Assembly (NCBI RefSeq): GCF_006345805.1
Contig: NC_043009.1
Location: 41,416,001-41,480,000 of the forward strand
Length of the DNA stretch: 64,000 nucleotides
From: Octopus sinensis
Lineage: Eukaryota
Direction of reading: 5' to 3'
Below the pieces are notes generated by a model, which was not told where the DNA came from, did no database searches, and saw only the letters and a program-made list of their open reading frames with translations. Position 1 is the first letter of the stretch. Each line of letters begins with the position of its first letter. Position numbers and translations under genes: made by a program. Positions 27,405 through 39,324 of this stretch are shown here, one piece after another.

Positions 27405-27565
27405 TTAGCAATAGGCCTGAAATTTTGGAGGAGGGGATAGTCGACAATCGACCCCAGTACTCAACTGGTACTTAATTTATCGACCCCGTAAGGATGAAAG
27501 GCAAAGTCGACTTAGGCGGAATTTGAACTCAGAACGTAAAGACGGACGAAATATCGCTAAACGAG
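27405..27565 (-). mobile_element. SINE family A
   Basis: Reverse-complement core and tail. Confidence 0.8.
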
Positions 27566-27574
27566 CAAAAGGGC

Positions 27575-28890
27575 AAAAGCTCGCTCGATCTCGATTTTCA
27601 GTAGGACTGAGCATGTTTTCGAGGCTTACGCACCCCACTTTTCTATCCGCTAGCCCCACCCAATCCACATATGCATCCAAAATAGCGTTCCAATGGACCA
27701 CTAACACTAAAGAATGAGACGTTCTTAGAAAGGCCTTCAGGCGTCTGAAGAACCCGGCTGCCCCGTTCCAGTCGGTGCGTACACTGCAACCAGTTTGAAA
27801 TTACTGCCTTCGTTATCGTTCACGTCTAGGACCATCGACTTATCTTCCGGGTCCAGAAAAACCGACCGTATGTCTAAATCCAGGCCTTTTCTGAACACCC
27901 CCTCCCCGTTCTCGGTCGACTAAGAGATCCGAAAATCTCAAAGTCATCGAAAATGGGAGCCAAGACCCGTGTGTCTACGATTCTGGTCTCACTGACGGCT
28001 ATTACATCCAGACTTAGCCACCTGAGGTCGTTGTGCAAGCGTCTTTGCTTCCATGACGGCCCCAGGCCACGTACGTTTAAACAACCTACTTTAAGAATCG
28101 TCATGCTGGCCAGGAAGTAAGGAAAGGAAAAATGGAGTTTCATTTACCCTCCTGGTGCTGGTTGTGGTGGAGGGATTCTCTCTTCCTGTCTGTTTTGTTG
28201 GATTCCTTTGGAAACCCACTTAAAAGCCATCTGCTGGCCGTTACACTTCGAGATCGAATGCCATACGGGTAGCTCCGCTTAATGCTCGTATAAGTCTCTA
28301 ATGTCATTCGCACCATCATTAGTCTCTCTGGTATGCTACAAGTGCTGGGACTGCAGATCACCCAACTCTTTTTCAAAATTCTCGTTTTATGCTATGAGAG
28401 CCATTAGCTTTTCATTGGCCCTCCTCAGTCGCACGAAATTCCACTACCGCATGGATGGTTGTTGTTGTTGTTGTAGTAGTGTCATTTTTCTTTTTAAAAT
28501 TTGCTGTTTCTGATTCTGTTGTGCGCGTTCGTGATGGTTTGGTGATTGTGGTGTTTGTAATGTTGGTGTTGTCATTAGTATCTGTGTTTGCCGTTTCTTA
28601 GATTTCTCTCTTTTTTCTGCGTCTCATTCTATCTTTTCTTTTTTTTTGCCTTTTGGGCTTCCCCTTCATCATCACTTGGATACGTGGAGGAATCCGTGTC
28701 TTGTATGTTTTCTTCTGGTGTTGTTTGTTCTGGTTCTCTTGTAGTAGTTGTTGTTGTTTCTCTTGCTAGTGCAGCTTCCGCTGCTGGTGCTACTCCCACT
28801 GCCATCTTCACTGTAACACCTGCTTGTTTTGTCTCCTTTGGTTCAATTTCTGGTTCTATTCCCCTGCCTTTCTGTTGTTGTTGTAGTTGT
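27575..28890 (-). pseudogene. Tx1/L1-clade LINE fragment: low-complexity ORF1 tail plus ORF2 AP-endonuclease N-terminus
   Basis: MTILKVGCLNVRGL...LDVIAVSETR...LVAVYAPTG...HWNAILD (APE motifs), with an upstream Thr/Glu-rich segment. Confidence 0.8.
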
Positions 28891-29074
28891 TTTTGTTGAC
28901 TCGTGGGTTGTGGTGCTTTCGTTTACACATTTTCTTTCTGCCCTTCTATTCTGGTTCTATGGGCAGAAAAACCGTTACTGGTCCGTTGAACCACAATCAT
29001 CACACCTCCGCCTCCTGTCCTCCACGTTCATTCATAGTTCTACTTCAACACCTGAAGAAGTTTTTCAGCTCCTG

Positions 29075-29570
29075 TCGGAGACCACCAGTCTAAAGGCTCC
29101 ACCTTCGCTATCATTCACATCTAGGACCACCAACCTGCCGCCCGGGTTCAAGAATATCGTCTTTATTTCGAGATCTAAGGATTTTCGGAATAGCATTGCT
29201 AGCTCGACGCCAGCTCCCAAAAGACCACATGATGAGAATATCTTAAAGTCATCGAAAATGGGCGCTAATGCTTGCGCATTAGAAATCTCTGTCTCGCTAA
29301 TTGCGGCCACTTCTAATTCGAGCGACCTGAGGTCGTTTAGCAAGTGACCTTGTATCCAAGCTGACCCCAGGCCACGAACATTCATACACCCTACACTGAA
29401 AACGACCATGGTTATCGGAGAAACATAATGGAAGATGGTCACTTACCTTGGATTATGAGAGGGTCGGCTGATTCAGCTGCCTCGTCTGATGCATTATCAT
29501 TAATGAAGGGATTTCCTAAAGTCCTCTTATCCGGCTTTACCCTAAAAGGCCCAATGTCTTTTGGGTATTA
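29075..29570 (-). pseudogene. Second Tx1/L1-clade AP-endonuclease fragment
   Basis: VGCMNVRGLG...LEVAAISETE...FRKSLDL...GRLVVLDVN; a diverged paralog of 27575-28105. Confidence 0.8.
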
Positions 29571-29610
29571 TTTTTTAAGTTCTAGGTAAGTGTTTGTGTC
29601 CGCTTCCTGT

Positions 29611-29812
29611 TTGTGTAGTAGTGGCTCGAGAGTCAGTACTTACAAGAGAAACCAGAGGGGACAGCCTTGCCGGACCGAGCGCATGATGTTGAACGGCTCT
29701 GAGAGGTGTTCGTTCACTCTGACCATTGAACAGATGCTGTGCATTGCAGCGATCCAGCATCTAAATACAGGCCCGAAACCAGCTGCCTTGAGGACCGCCG
29801 CCAGGATAAATA
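29611..29812 (-). pseudogene. Tx1/L1-clade reverse transcriptase fragment
   Basis: Hand translation VLKAAGFGPVFRCWI...VRVNEHLSEPFNIMRSVRQGCPL..LL*VLTLEPLL contains the RT QGCPL motif. Confidence 0.8.
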
Positions 29813-30200
29813 AGAGTGCCTAATAATCGACGTGGCAGTGCCAGACGATCAACATATTATTATGAAAGAAAGAAAGAAAGAAAAAAGACTGATAAATATA
29901 GAGACCTCAGAACTGAGATCGTTAAGATGTGGGGCTACGAGAGTCAAACATAAAGGTTGTCGCTGTTGCCATCGGAGCAATGGGTTCAATACCACCCAAC
30001 GGGAAAAAACATTTGGAAACTTTAGAAATACCCTACAACCTAGGTGTATTGCAAAAATTGGCATTACAGGGAACAGCACGCAAATTGCGTAAAGTACTGT
30101 CTGAGGTCCTTGTTGTGACTTGACAGACAGTACAAACCCCCGGTACATACAGTATCTTCAATCAACAACATCACGATATTGTATACTGTGCAAAGTCTTA
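29805..30200 (+). pseudogene. R4/Dong-clade endonuclease 3' end with (TAA)n tail
   Basis: ECLIIDVAVPDD..., DKYRDLRTEIVKMWG, KVVAVAIGAMGSIP...LQKLALQGTARKLRKVL; followed by (TAA)n at 30200-30360. Confidence 0.85.
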
Positions 30201-30231
<31 letters not shown>

Positions 30232-30316
30232 GTAATAATAATAATAATAATAATAGTAATAATAATAATAATAATAATAATAGTAATAATAATAATAGTA
30301 GTAATAATAATAATAG

Positions 30317-30359
<43 letters not shown>

Positions 30360-30362
<3 letters not shown>

Positions 30363-30575
30363 GTTTCAAATTTTGCCACAGGCGCAGACATTTTGCGGGA
30401 GGGGATAAGTCGATTACAAGGACCCTAGTCTTTCACTGGTACTTAATTTATCGACCCCGAAATGATGAAAGGCAAAGACGACCTCGGCGGAATTTGAACT
30501 CAGAACGTAAAGACAGACGAAATGCCGGTAAGCATTTTGCCCGGCGTGCTAACGATTCTGCCAGAACGCCACCTT
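30360..30575 (-). mobile_element. SINE family A
   Basis: Full reverse-complement monomer. Confidence 0.85.
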
Positions 30576-31309
30576 AAACAACAACAACAACAACAACAAC
30601 AATAATAATAATATAATAATAATAATAAATAATAATAAAAACAACAATAGCAATAACTACAATAACAACAACGACAGCATTATTTTAAAAGAAGCATTAG
30701 GCGTTACAAATGACCCGTGTCACGCTATCAAAACAAGTTTATGTACCAGAACAAAATTATTGTTGATTTCATGCTTTGAACTCGTCACTATTTCTTCTTT
30801 TTTCTTTTTTGGAAGACGAAAACATTGTTTTAGTATGTGACAGTAGGGGTTTATATCAAAGACTTTCTCTCAAGCAACATGGAGCTGGCTGTTGGTTGGC
30901 TGGGTGGGTGGGTGGTTGGTTTTTGTTTTTATCATTGGTTAAAGAAAGAAATGGTATTAACATATATTCATTTCATTGTTCTCACAGTTATTCTAACAAA
31001 AGAGAACTGAGTAAGACGAGCGTCGTCTGTTCCACAATCAATCTGCCTTTTCTTTGTTCTCTTCTCATATGGGACATGTTTTATGGTTGTTGTTTTTGGG
31101 GTTTTTTGCGCGACATTGCGTTATTCTTTGTAGTCTTGAGGAACTTTTACGGTTCCGTTTGAGGTATTTTCCAAATGTAAAATTCTAACAAGAAATGAGT
31201 TCAAACAATATTTTCCACATCGCTGCATTCATTTTTTTCTTCTATGCCGATATCGACGTGTGTGGCACTCGCGATAGTGGGTGATTTGAAAATACTAATA
31301 TGCGTGGTG

Positions 31310-31386
<77 letters not shown>

Positions 31387-31660
31387 TGTGTACGTATGTA
31401 CGTATGTATGTATGTATGTATGTATGTTGTCAAAATTCTCCAAAGAATAATAATTTTGTGCCCGAAAAAAATGAAAAAGTACCATATTTTGGAAACTAGA
31501 TTTCCTCTAAACAGGGTCATTTAAACTTGTCAAAACCTATGTTTTAAACGCTATCTAAACTTTGATATCTTTGCGTGCCAAGGAAGCATCGAAAATACGT
31601 TTTTATTCTCGATAAACAAAATTTCCACAAATCTCTCTATTAAGAAACTAAATTTCCCAC

Positions 31661-31943
31661 TAAACATTCTAAATTTTGCATTAAACATTCTAAATTTCCC
31701 GCTGAACATTCTAAATTTTGCACTAAACATTCTAAATTTTGCATTAAACATTCTAAATTTCCCGCTGAACATTCTAAATTTTGCATTAAACATTCTAAAT
31801 TTTCCACTAAACATTCTAAATTTTGCATTAAACATTCTAAATTTCCCGCTGAACATTCTAAATTTTGCATTAAACATTCTAAATTTCCCGCTGAACATTC
31901 TAAATTTTGCATTAAACATTCTAAATTTTCCACTAAACATTCT
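31661..31943. repeat. 21-bp minisatellite, ~13.5 units, three variant types
   Basis: TAAACATTCTAAATTTTGCAT / TAAACATTCTAAATTTCCCGC / TAAACATTCTAAATTTTCCAC. Confidence 0.95.
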
Positions 31944-32064
31944 TAAAAATTGCCCTTTTCAAGACTTTCCTGGCATCGGTATCTTTATGTACCGGTACGG
32001 CGTCGAAATTGATCGGATTTTAGAAACTAGATTTCTACTTAAACCGTTCGCATTAATAATATTG

Positions 32065-32205
32065 ATTTCATATTTTGGCACAGGGCCAGATTTTTCAGGG
32101 GGGTGGGGTAAACTGATTCCATCAAACCCAGTATCCAACTGGTACTTATTTCATCGATTTCGAAAGGATGAAAAGCAAAGTCAACCTCGCCGCAATTTGA
32201 ACTAA
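32065..32205 (-). mobile_element. SINE family A (partial)
   Basis: Reverse-complement core and tail. Confidence 0.7.
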
Positions 32206-33489
32206 CGTTTCTTCCAGCTCGCCTCCTTTTTTTTTTTACATTTATAATATTGAATCGTATGTATGGTTATTGCGTAATTTCGATCGAGTGGATATATTTT
32301 AAATTTAAGAAGCACTTTAAATTTAAAAAAAAATCCCGTAGTAGTAGAATAGATATCTGTTATAAAATTTGAACTCCCTTGGATTTTAAGTTTCACCAGG
32401 TTGCTTTTTATGGTTCCAATCAACAGGAATTGTTTATGAATTTGATTTTACTTTCGTGACTGAGTTCCCTTATCAATAAATATATTCTTGATATTCTTAA
32501 AGTTTTAAAGCAGCAACCAATGTTTTCAAGAGAATATTTACGCAGCATATGCTCTCCTTCGAGTGCAGGAAAACTTCATTCCTCTGTCTTGCTTCAGGAG
32601 ACTTTGAGATCAAGATAAAGAATTCGCCATAATATAGAACATCATGGAAAGGGACCCTCCTAACTCATCTGAAGTTGATAACTTTCACTTCTGCCTGCGC
32701 AGGAAACTTCATATGCTCCAGCTGCCGGCAGCCTCCAATAATAGTAAAATCGATCTATCCTATTGCTGTTACCAGAGATATTTTCCGTTAATGAACTTCA
32801 AGCAGTTAGTCGATGATATTCCTAGGATTAGCTGGCACACGAACAATGAGAGAGCATATAATCCCTGCCATTGTTCGCGAGATTGTTGCCTAATCGACAT
32901 ATTTTGAGTATCACCTATTACCACTCGGCCAGTATATATACTATCAACAACACGGCCATACATACTTGTCACACAAACTGTTATGTATTCTCTTGCACCA
33001 CCAAAAGTGCTGCTCTACCATATGAACGTGTAGTAAGAAAACTGATGTCGCTGGCTGGCTAAAGCATCGACTTGACATCATCTGACCAATGGGGGCCTAA
33101 ATACTCTTACCTTGAAACCATTGAAAAATTTCTTTTGAATTCTCTCCTTCTGAAACTATACGTCTGTTGATGTGGACATGCTCTGAGCTCGTAAAAGTTT
33201 AAATATTATGGAGCTGAGTTAAGCTATTATTAAATACTTCTAACTCCAGTTAAATGCACTGAGTGCTGTTGTCTTTCGTCTGTTTACTCACTCGTTTAAA
33301 ACAATAAATTCAATGTAACATTAAAACAGAAAGCTTATATATTTTACAGATAAAAAGAATTGATTCTACATGCGAACGGAAGAATAAGGGACCGTAGCAA
33401 TAGCAGTAGCAGCGGCAGCAACAACAACAGCAATAATATTTATTATTTGAACTGAACTGGATCAAAGAAGAGATAAAGAATTTGGATAA

Positions 33490-34490
33490 GGTAACACAAA
33501 AGAAAATGGTTGACAAGGGTGCATTACACCGAAATGCAAATGTCATAAGGTTATGTACACCGCGGAGCGTAGAAGGATAAGGTCTTATAAGTGTGAAAGC
33601 TTGAGTGGACCGTGAATGCAGATTTTTAGATTTATATTTGGCCAGTAGTAGAGAAGGATATGTTACTAAAAGGGAGGTTTATGAAGTAAAACTATTGAAA
33701 GTAAAGAAAATTACAAACGGAATTTGCTAGCTGAGAAATTGAACACGAGTAGGGTATGAAATTACATGGTCAATTAGAAAGACATGAAAAAATTGGTTGA
33801 TGAAAGGTAATCTTAAGAGAGATACCGAAAGTTTGTTGGTGACTGCTCGGGATCAAGCACTAAACACGAACTCGATAAAGAATATATATAACCCAGATAA
33901 AACAAATGTGAGTAAGTTATGCTGGAAGAAAGTGTGAGGCACATCATGAGTGCTTGTGATTCACTTGCGCAGAAAGAATGTTAAGGGCGTCAAGATAAAG
34001 TGTGCATATACCTCCACTGGTCTTTATGCAAGAAATACGGATTCCGGCCACTGAGAAATATCAGCAGAAAACAGAGAAGGTCCAAGGAAATCAGAGTGTG
34101 AAACTCTTGTGGGACTGTACAATCCAGACAGATACAGTTCTTGAACATTCAAGGTCACACAGAACTTTATTTAAAGAAAGTGTTATATGGTGTTCGTTGA
34201 TCAATGTAGCTATCACAGGAGATTATTATATTAATGGTAAACAAAACGGGAAAAATCGTAAAATATGCAGACTTGAAAATAGATGTCAAGAGACTGGAAA
34301 ATGAAATTAAACCTGGTACCAATTGCGACTAGAGCACTTGATTTAAGTGACGAAAAAAATCTTCTTAAACACTTTGGTACAGTTAGAATCTTTCCCAGCA
34401 TTCAGGTATTGTAAAAGACAACACTTTGCGGAATAACAAATATTCGCTGGAAAGTTGAATATATCACAGGTCATACAACTTGATAGGAGT
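33490..34490 (+). pseudogene. Heavily decayed R4/Dong-clade remnant
   Basis: LHRNANVIRL..PR..G.GLISV, GNLKRDTESLLVTARDQALNTN, ESVRHIMSAC..LAQKE, LHW.LCKKYG and KLLWDCTIQTD. Confidence 0.75.
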
Positions 34491-35149
34491 CAGTCAAAAA
34501 TCCGGTGTTAACAAGATCGTCACTATGCAAATGAACGATATATTTTCTTATTCAGTACAATAGATATCATGCTTTCAATTTAACGAGGTCAGTCAGAAAA
34601 AATGGATCTATTTATCATTATTAAAGGTATTTTAATTATTCAGTTTGCATGATGAAAGCCACAGCCAAACAGGTCAAGGTGTCCCACAGCAAAACATGTA
34701 AATTTTCCTATCTCAGTCGGGCTTGCTGCAAAATAACTACATAGGAGTATTATACATATGATGAATAATAAATTGGTACAGACACAGCGATCTGAGTTCA
34801 AATTCTGACGAACTCCCCTTTTTCCTTTACACAGTTTGAAGATCAATAAAGAACCAATCTAGGAAGGTGGAATTGGGTGATTGGTAACCAATTAGATGGG
34901 ATGTCTTGAGGCGACTGTTGTATTGTCTTTAGCGTTTTAATGAGTCTATTGGATCTTGGCTTTTCCTTGGAGAGCATTGAGTGTGTGGATAGAAGAGACA
35001 TGCATGCATAGAAAAGTGGCTGGCGGCCCATGCTTTACTCTTGAAGAAAATTGGTGGTGCAGAGAAGAGAGACTTCAGGTAACCATCGATGTATCCTCAG
35101 AGAGCAACGAAGGTGTAAGGAGGGAAGAATTGTTTCTCGATTTACCCTT

Positions 35150-35900
35150 CAAGAATATCGGAGAGGTGTAGAGAATAGTGACTTGGGTGTAAAGGCAACT
35201 GCTAGTGATCCTGGATAAAACCTTTCCGAGGCCCGGTATATGTAGTGGAACTTACCATATGCACACTCATGCACCCATGCTCCTTTGTGCCGATCTTCAA
35301 GCCAGACTCAATGAAGTGTGGATCCATGACATTTCCATCAGTCGCCAACGGCTCCAAATTCCATCAGGGAGGTAAGATTCTTAGTCTCAAACACAACGGG
35401 GACATCAGAAGGGCTGTATGCAATCACACAAGAATTTTTGCGATTCACATCAGCGTTCACAGTGAACATCTTCTCATCCACAAACACAAGAGTTTTTTCT
35501 GCACTTTAATACTTGATGAATGACAGAAGCTTTGAGCATCTCTCAGCTCCGACTGCTTTGGCCTTGGCTGTTAGGAGGTGATAACTAGTCGAGCATAACT
35601 AGTCATTCCAAGATTCCTGTTCCTAACTCTGGACTACTGTGGAAAGGGACACATTGCATTTCTTTGCAAGTGTTGTCATGAATGTGGTTTGGCTTCAATC
35701 GACCGTTTGAGGCCAGCGAAAATCTTTGGATTGCGCTTAGAATCACTTCGAATCTTTAATTCTTTTTCTATCAATCTTTCCCTCTTGTTTAAATTGTTTA
35801 TACACACGATAAACTGTTCCTTTTGGAAGTTTCGTCAACTTAACAATTTATTGGCAGTGTGCCTCGTGCGCGCCAAACAACAATGGCGGAACGGTTCTGT
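35150..35900 (-). pseudogene. Tc1/mariner (maT/DD37D-like) transposase remnant
   Basis: IVKLTKLPKGTVYRVYKQF (HTH) and FVDEKMFTV..DVNRKN..V..Y.PS..P.VF.TK...S.M..GAV. Confidence 0.65.
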
Positions 35901-36083
35901 TGTTCTATGACTTTCTGCTGTCGAATCAGTTCGCTATCTACTTGAAAAGTAAAGAGGAGGATTAGATTTTCAAGCAAGCAAGGTTTTGTCAGAAAATAAA
36001 ATATTAAACCCACAAAGTCAACTGTTTAAAATTGATCACAATTTATCTGTAAGACCCTATATATGTATATGTATGCACACGCA

Positions 36084-36114
<31 letters not shown>

Positions 36115-36419
36115 GTCTGTGTGTGTAAGCATGTATGAGTGTACGTATTTGTGCATGTACGTTTGTGTGTCTGTGTTTGTGCATGTGCCTTTGTGTCTGT
36201 CTTCTTCACTGCTTGAGGAGTGATGTCGGTTTGTTTACGCCCCCTAAGAAACCAGTTATGCAAAGATGCCGATATAAGAAGTAGCGTTAAACTTGACACT
36301 AAAGAACTGGGGTGGATTTTGTTCGACTAACTTTGTAAATCAGAGTTCGCAGCATTGCTGTACTCCAATGACTAACACAAGACAGCTAAATCGTAGCTTT
36401 AAAACCCCACACGAAAGAT

Positions 36420-36432
36420 AGCACATACACAC

Positions 36433-36486
<54 letters not shown>

Positions 36487-36639
36487 ACACACATACACAC
36501 ATACACACACACATACACACACACACACGCACATACACACGCACGCACTCACACACACACTCACACACACACACACTCACACACACACTCACACACACAC
36601 ACTCACACACACACACACACACATAGACACACACACACT

Positions 36640-36709
<70 letters not shown>

Positions 36710-36712
36710 ACA
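36420..36712. repeat. (CA)n microsatellite, ~290 bp
   Basis: Directly visible. Confidence 0.95.
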
Positions 36713-38007
36713 CTTGGTGTGTTTTGTAAACGTATATTTTGTAAGTCAGTAACTATTTATAAATCAATAGTCACAGAAATATCGGTTCATAACAATTCGA
36801 AGACTTCATTGTCTGAGACTGTGAATGTCTTCTCCCTCTTTTCTTTTTTTTTTTTTTTTTTTTTTACCTTTTATTGCTTTTGTATCAGAATTCTTCCATC
36901 GTCGCGAAGATTCCTTCTTCTACAACAACAACTCCAGATATCTCTTTTACCATGGTGTTCTTACAGTAAAGCATTTTACTGGTAGGTCAACCTGCAGAGT
37001 GAAAAGTAACGGCTAACTTTGGAACCTGTTCGGTGAATACAAGAAAAACATAAACAATTACAACAAAAAACAACAACTACAACAACAACAACAACACCAT
37101 ACACACACACACGTACACACGTACACACACACACATACACACGCATATACATACCAAAAAAAAAAAAAGAGAGACAGAAAAAGGTAAAAGCTTGTCATAT
37201 GAATAAAGTAATTCCTCGCTATTCTTTACTGATTCCTCCAAGTTTACTGGGTTACCTGGAAGGAAATAAAGAGATGTAAAACCCTTTGTATAACTTAGAT
37301 CTTCATTCACTGTAAACCTAAATCGATTTTGCGCCAACAAAAGCAATTGAAGTGTACTCTATTAAAATATTTGTATGACTGTCGGCCGTTCTGTTGTGTA
37401 ATTATTCTCCGAAGAAAGTAGTTTATTGATGCGAATTCCCATACGTCATACATTCGGTTCAATGTTACTTTCTGTCCATTATGAAGAGTTGCAGAAAAGA
37501 AGAATGAATGAATGGATAAATAAATAAATAAATAAAAAGAACAGAAATAAAAAAAAGCAAAAAAAAGAAAAAAAGAAACGCACACACATACACACAAACT
37601 AAAAACAAAATTGAAATATCTGTTCACAATGTCCTCTTCAAAAACGTTGAACAAATGGTTAAAAAGAATTGTCTTTTAGTTCTTACAATACACTCGACGG
37701 GACGTTGTTGGTAGCTTAGAGCGTGACATTGCTTTCTCTTATGTTGATTGTCATTGGAACGCACACAATCACGTCTCTCTCTCTCACACACACGCACTCA
37801 CACACACATACACACACAGAGTGGACACAAACACATGCACACACACACACACAAACACACACATATAGAGATACATATATACACTTATACACGAGTGTGT
37901 GTGTGTACAAATATATGTCGAAGCACATCTGCAGACACAGCACATATAAAGGCACAGACAAACATCTACACATATGCCGTACTCTATCACACACACACAC
38001 ACACACC

Positions 38008-38045
<38 letters not shown>

Positions 38046-38133
38046 GTGTATGTATAGATATGTATATATATATATATACACACACAAATATAAATATATA
38101 AATATGTATGTATATGTATGTGCGTCTGTGTGA

Positions 38134-38245
38134 AGGCACGTGGCTTAGTACTTAGGGGTATTCAGCTCGCAATCGTAAGGTCGTGTGTTCGATCCCAGCG
38201 GTGCGTTTTGTCCTTGAGCAAAGCTCTTTATTTCACGTTGCAAGC
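38134..38245 (+). mobile_element. SINE family D 5' part
   Basis: GAAGGCACGTGGCTTAGT...GGTCGTGTGTTCGATCCC...GTCCTTGAGCAAAG; homologous to 60449 and 61290. Confidence 0.6.
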
Positions 38246-38678
38246 TATATATGTCTATATTTACTTCTACATTTACTATAAATGTTTATAAAAAGCAAAT
38301 TTGCTGTGTAATTCACCTACAAACAACATCTCTTATCGACGTACCGTATTTAAAAATGCAGTTTATGTTGGAGGGAGATGAAAAATTGTCCCAGCAGCGG
38401 CGAGCAGGAAGGCTAAATGCATTTTGGTCTCATGGGCTCTTGAGAACGGTGTGTCCTCATAACCAGCCGCATGCTTAAACAAAATTCGTCGCCTCAGATA
38501 TGTAAGAAAACAGTAAAGAAACATTTATTGATATTGAGAATAACCTTTCAACGATATGTTTGCTATAAGAATAGTAGAAATGTCATTGAATAATAGGAGA
38601 GGGGTCTAAGTTGATACATTGACACACATAAATTAGTTTTCACATTTATTATCTTATCTTATCTTATATTATATTATA

Positions 38679-39072
38679 TCTTTATATATAAAAGTGAGGT
38701 TGAGTGTCTGTCTCCTACGATTTAGATTCCTAACTACTCCCACATTTTGCGGTGCAGTTTAACCAAAACCGGGTATCTTATAGTTGTGATTCATATCGAG
38801 CCCTTCTGGGTATTAGCGCACGTCTACGATGGGTCTACGATTAAAAAAAAAAAATACCATCATTTTTTTTTCCATTTTAATGCATTTTTTCGCTATTATA
38901 TAAGGGAAGTAACTCTCTAAAAATGTCTACGATAAGTCAACAATTTAAAAAAAATTTACCATAATTTTTTTTCATTTTTAATGCATTTTTTGCTATTTTT
39001 TGGCTATAACTCTCTAAAAATGCTTATATAATTATTCCCTTACAACCCGAGCAACGCGGGCGATACTGCTAG
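38679..39072 (+). mobile_element. Non-autonomous Helitron, complete termini
   Basis: A|TCTTTATATATAAAAG ... CCCGAGCAACGCGGGCGATACTGCTAG|T. Confidence 0.85.
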
Positions 39073-39083
39073 TTAATATATAC

Positions 39084-39125
<42 letters not shown>

Positions 39126-39324
39126 CAATAAGAAAATGGAGGTGGTTCATCAACTTTTAGACATTATATTATGTTAACTTATTTATTTATTTACTCAACT
39201 GCTAATTACAATAATATACATACATATAACATATTATGCTTTACATATAAGATATAGAATATAGTAATATATAAGGATACCAGTAATTATTATAAAATAA
39301 CAAACATATATATATATCTATATA

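Noticed and set aside
31551-31940. Heptad-repeat ORF (MFNAKFR)n
   Set aside because: A consequence of a 21-bp minisatellite.
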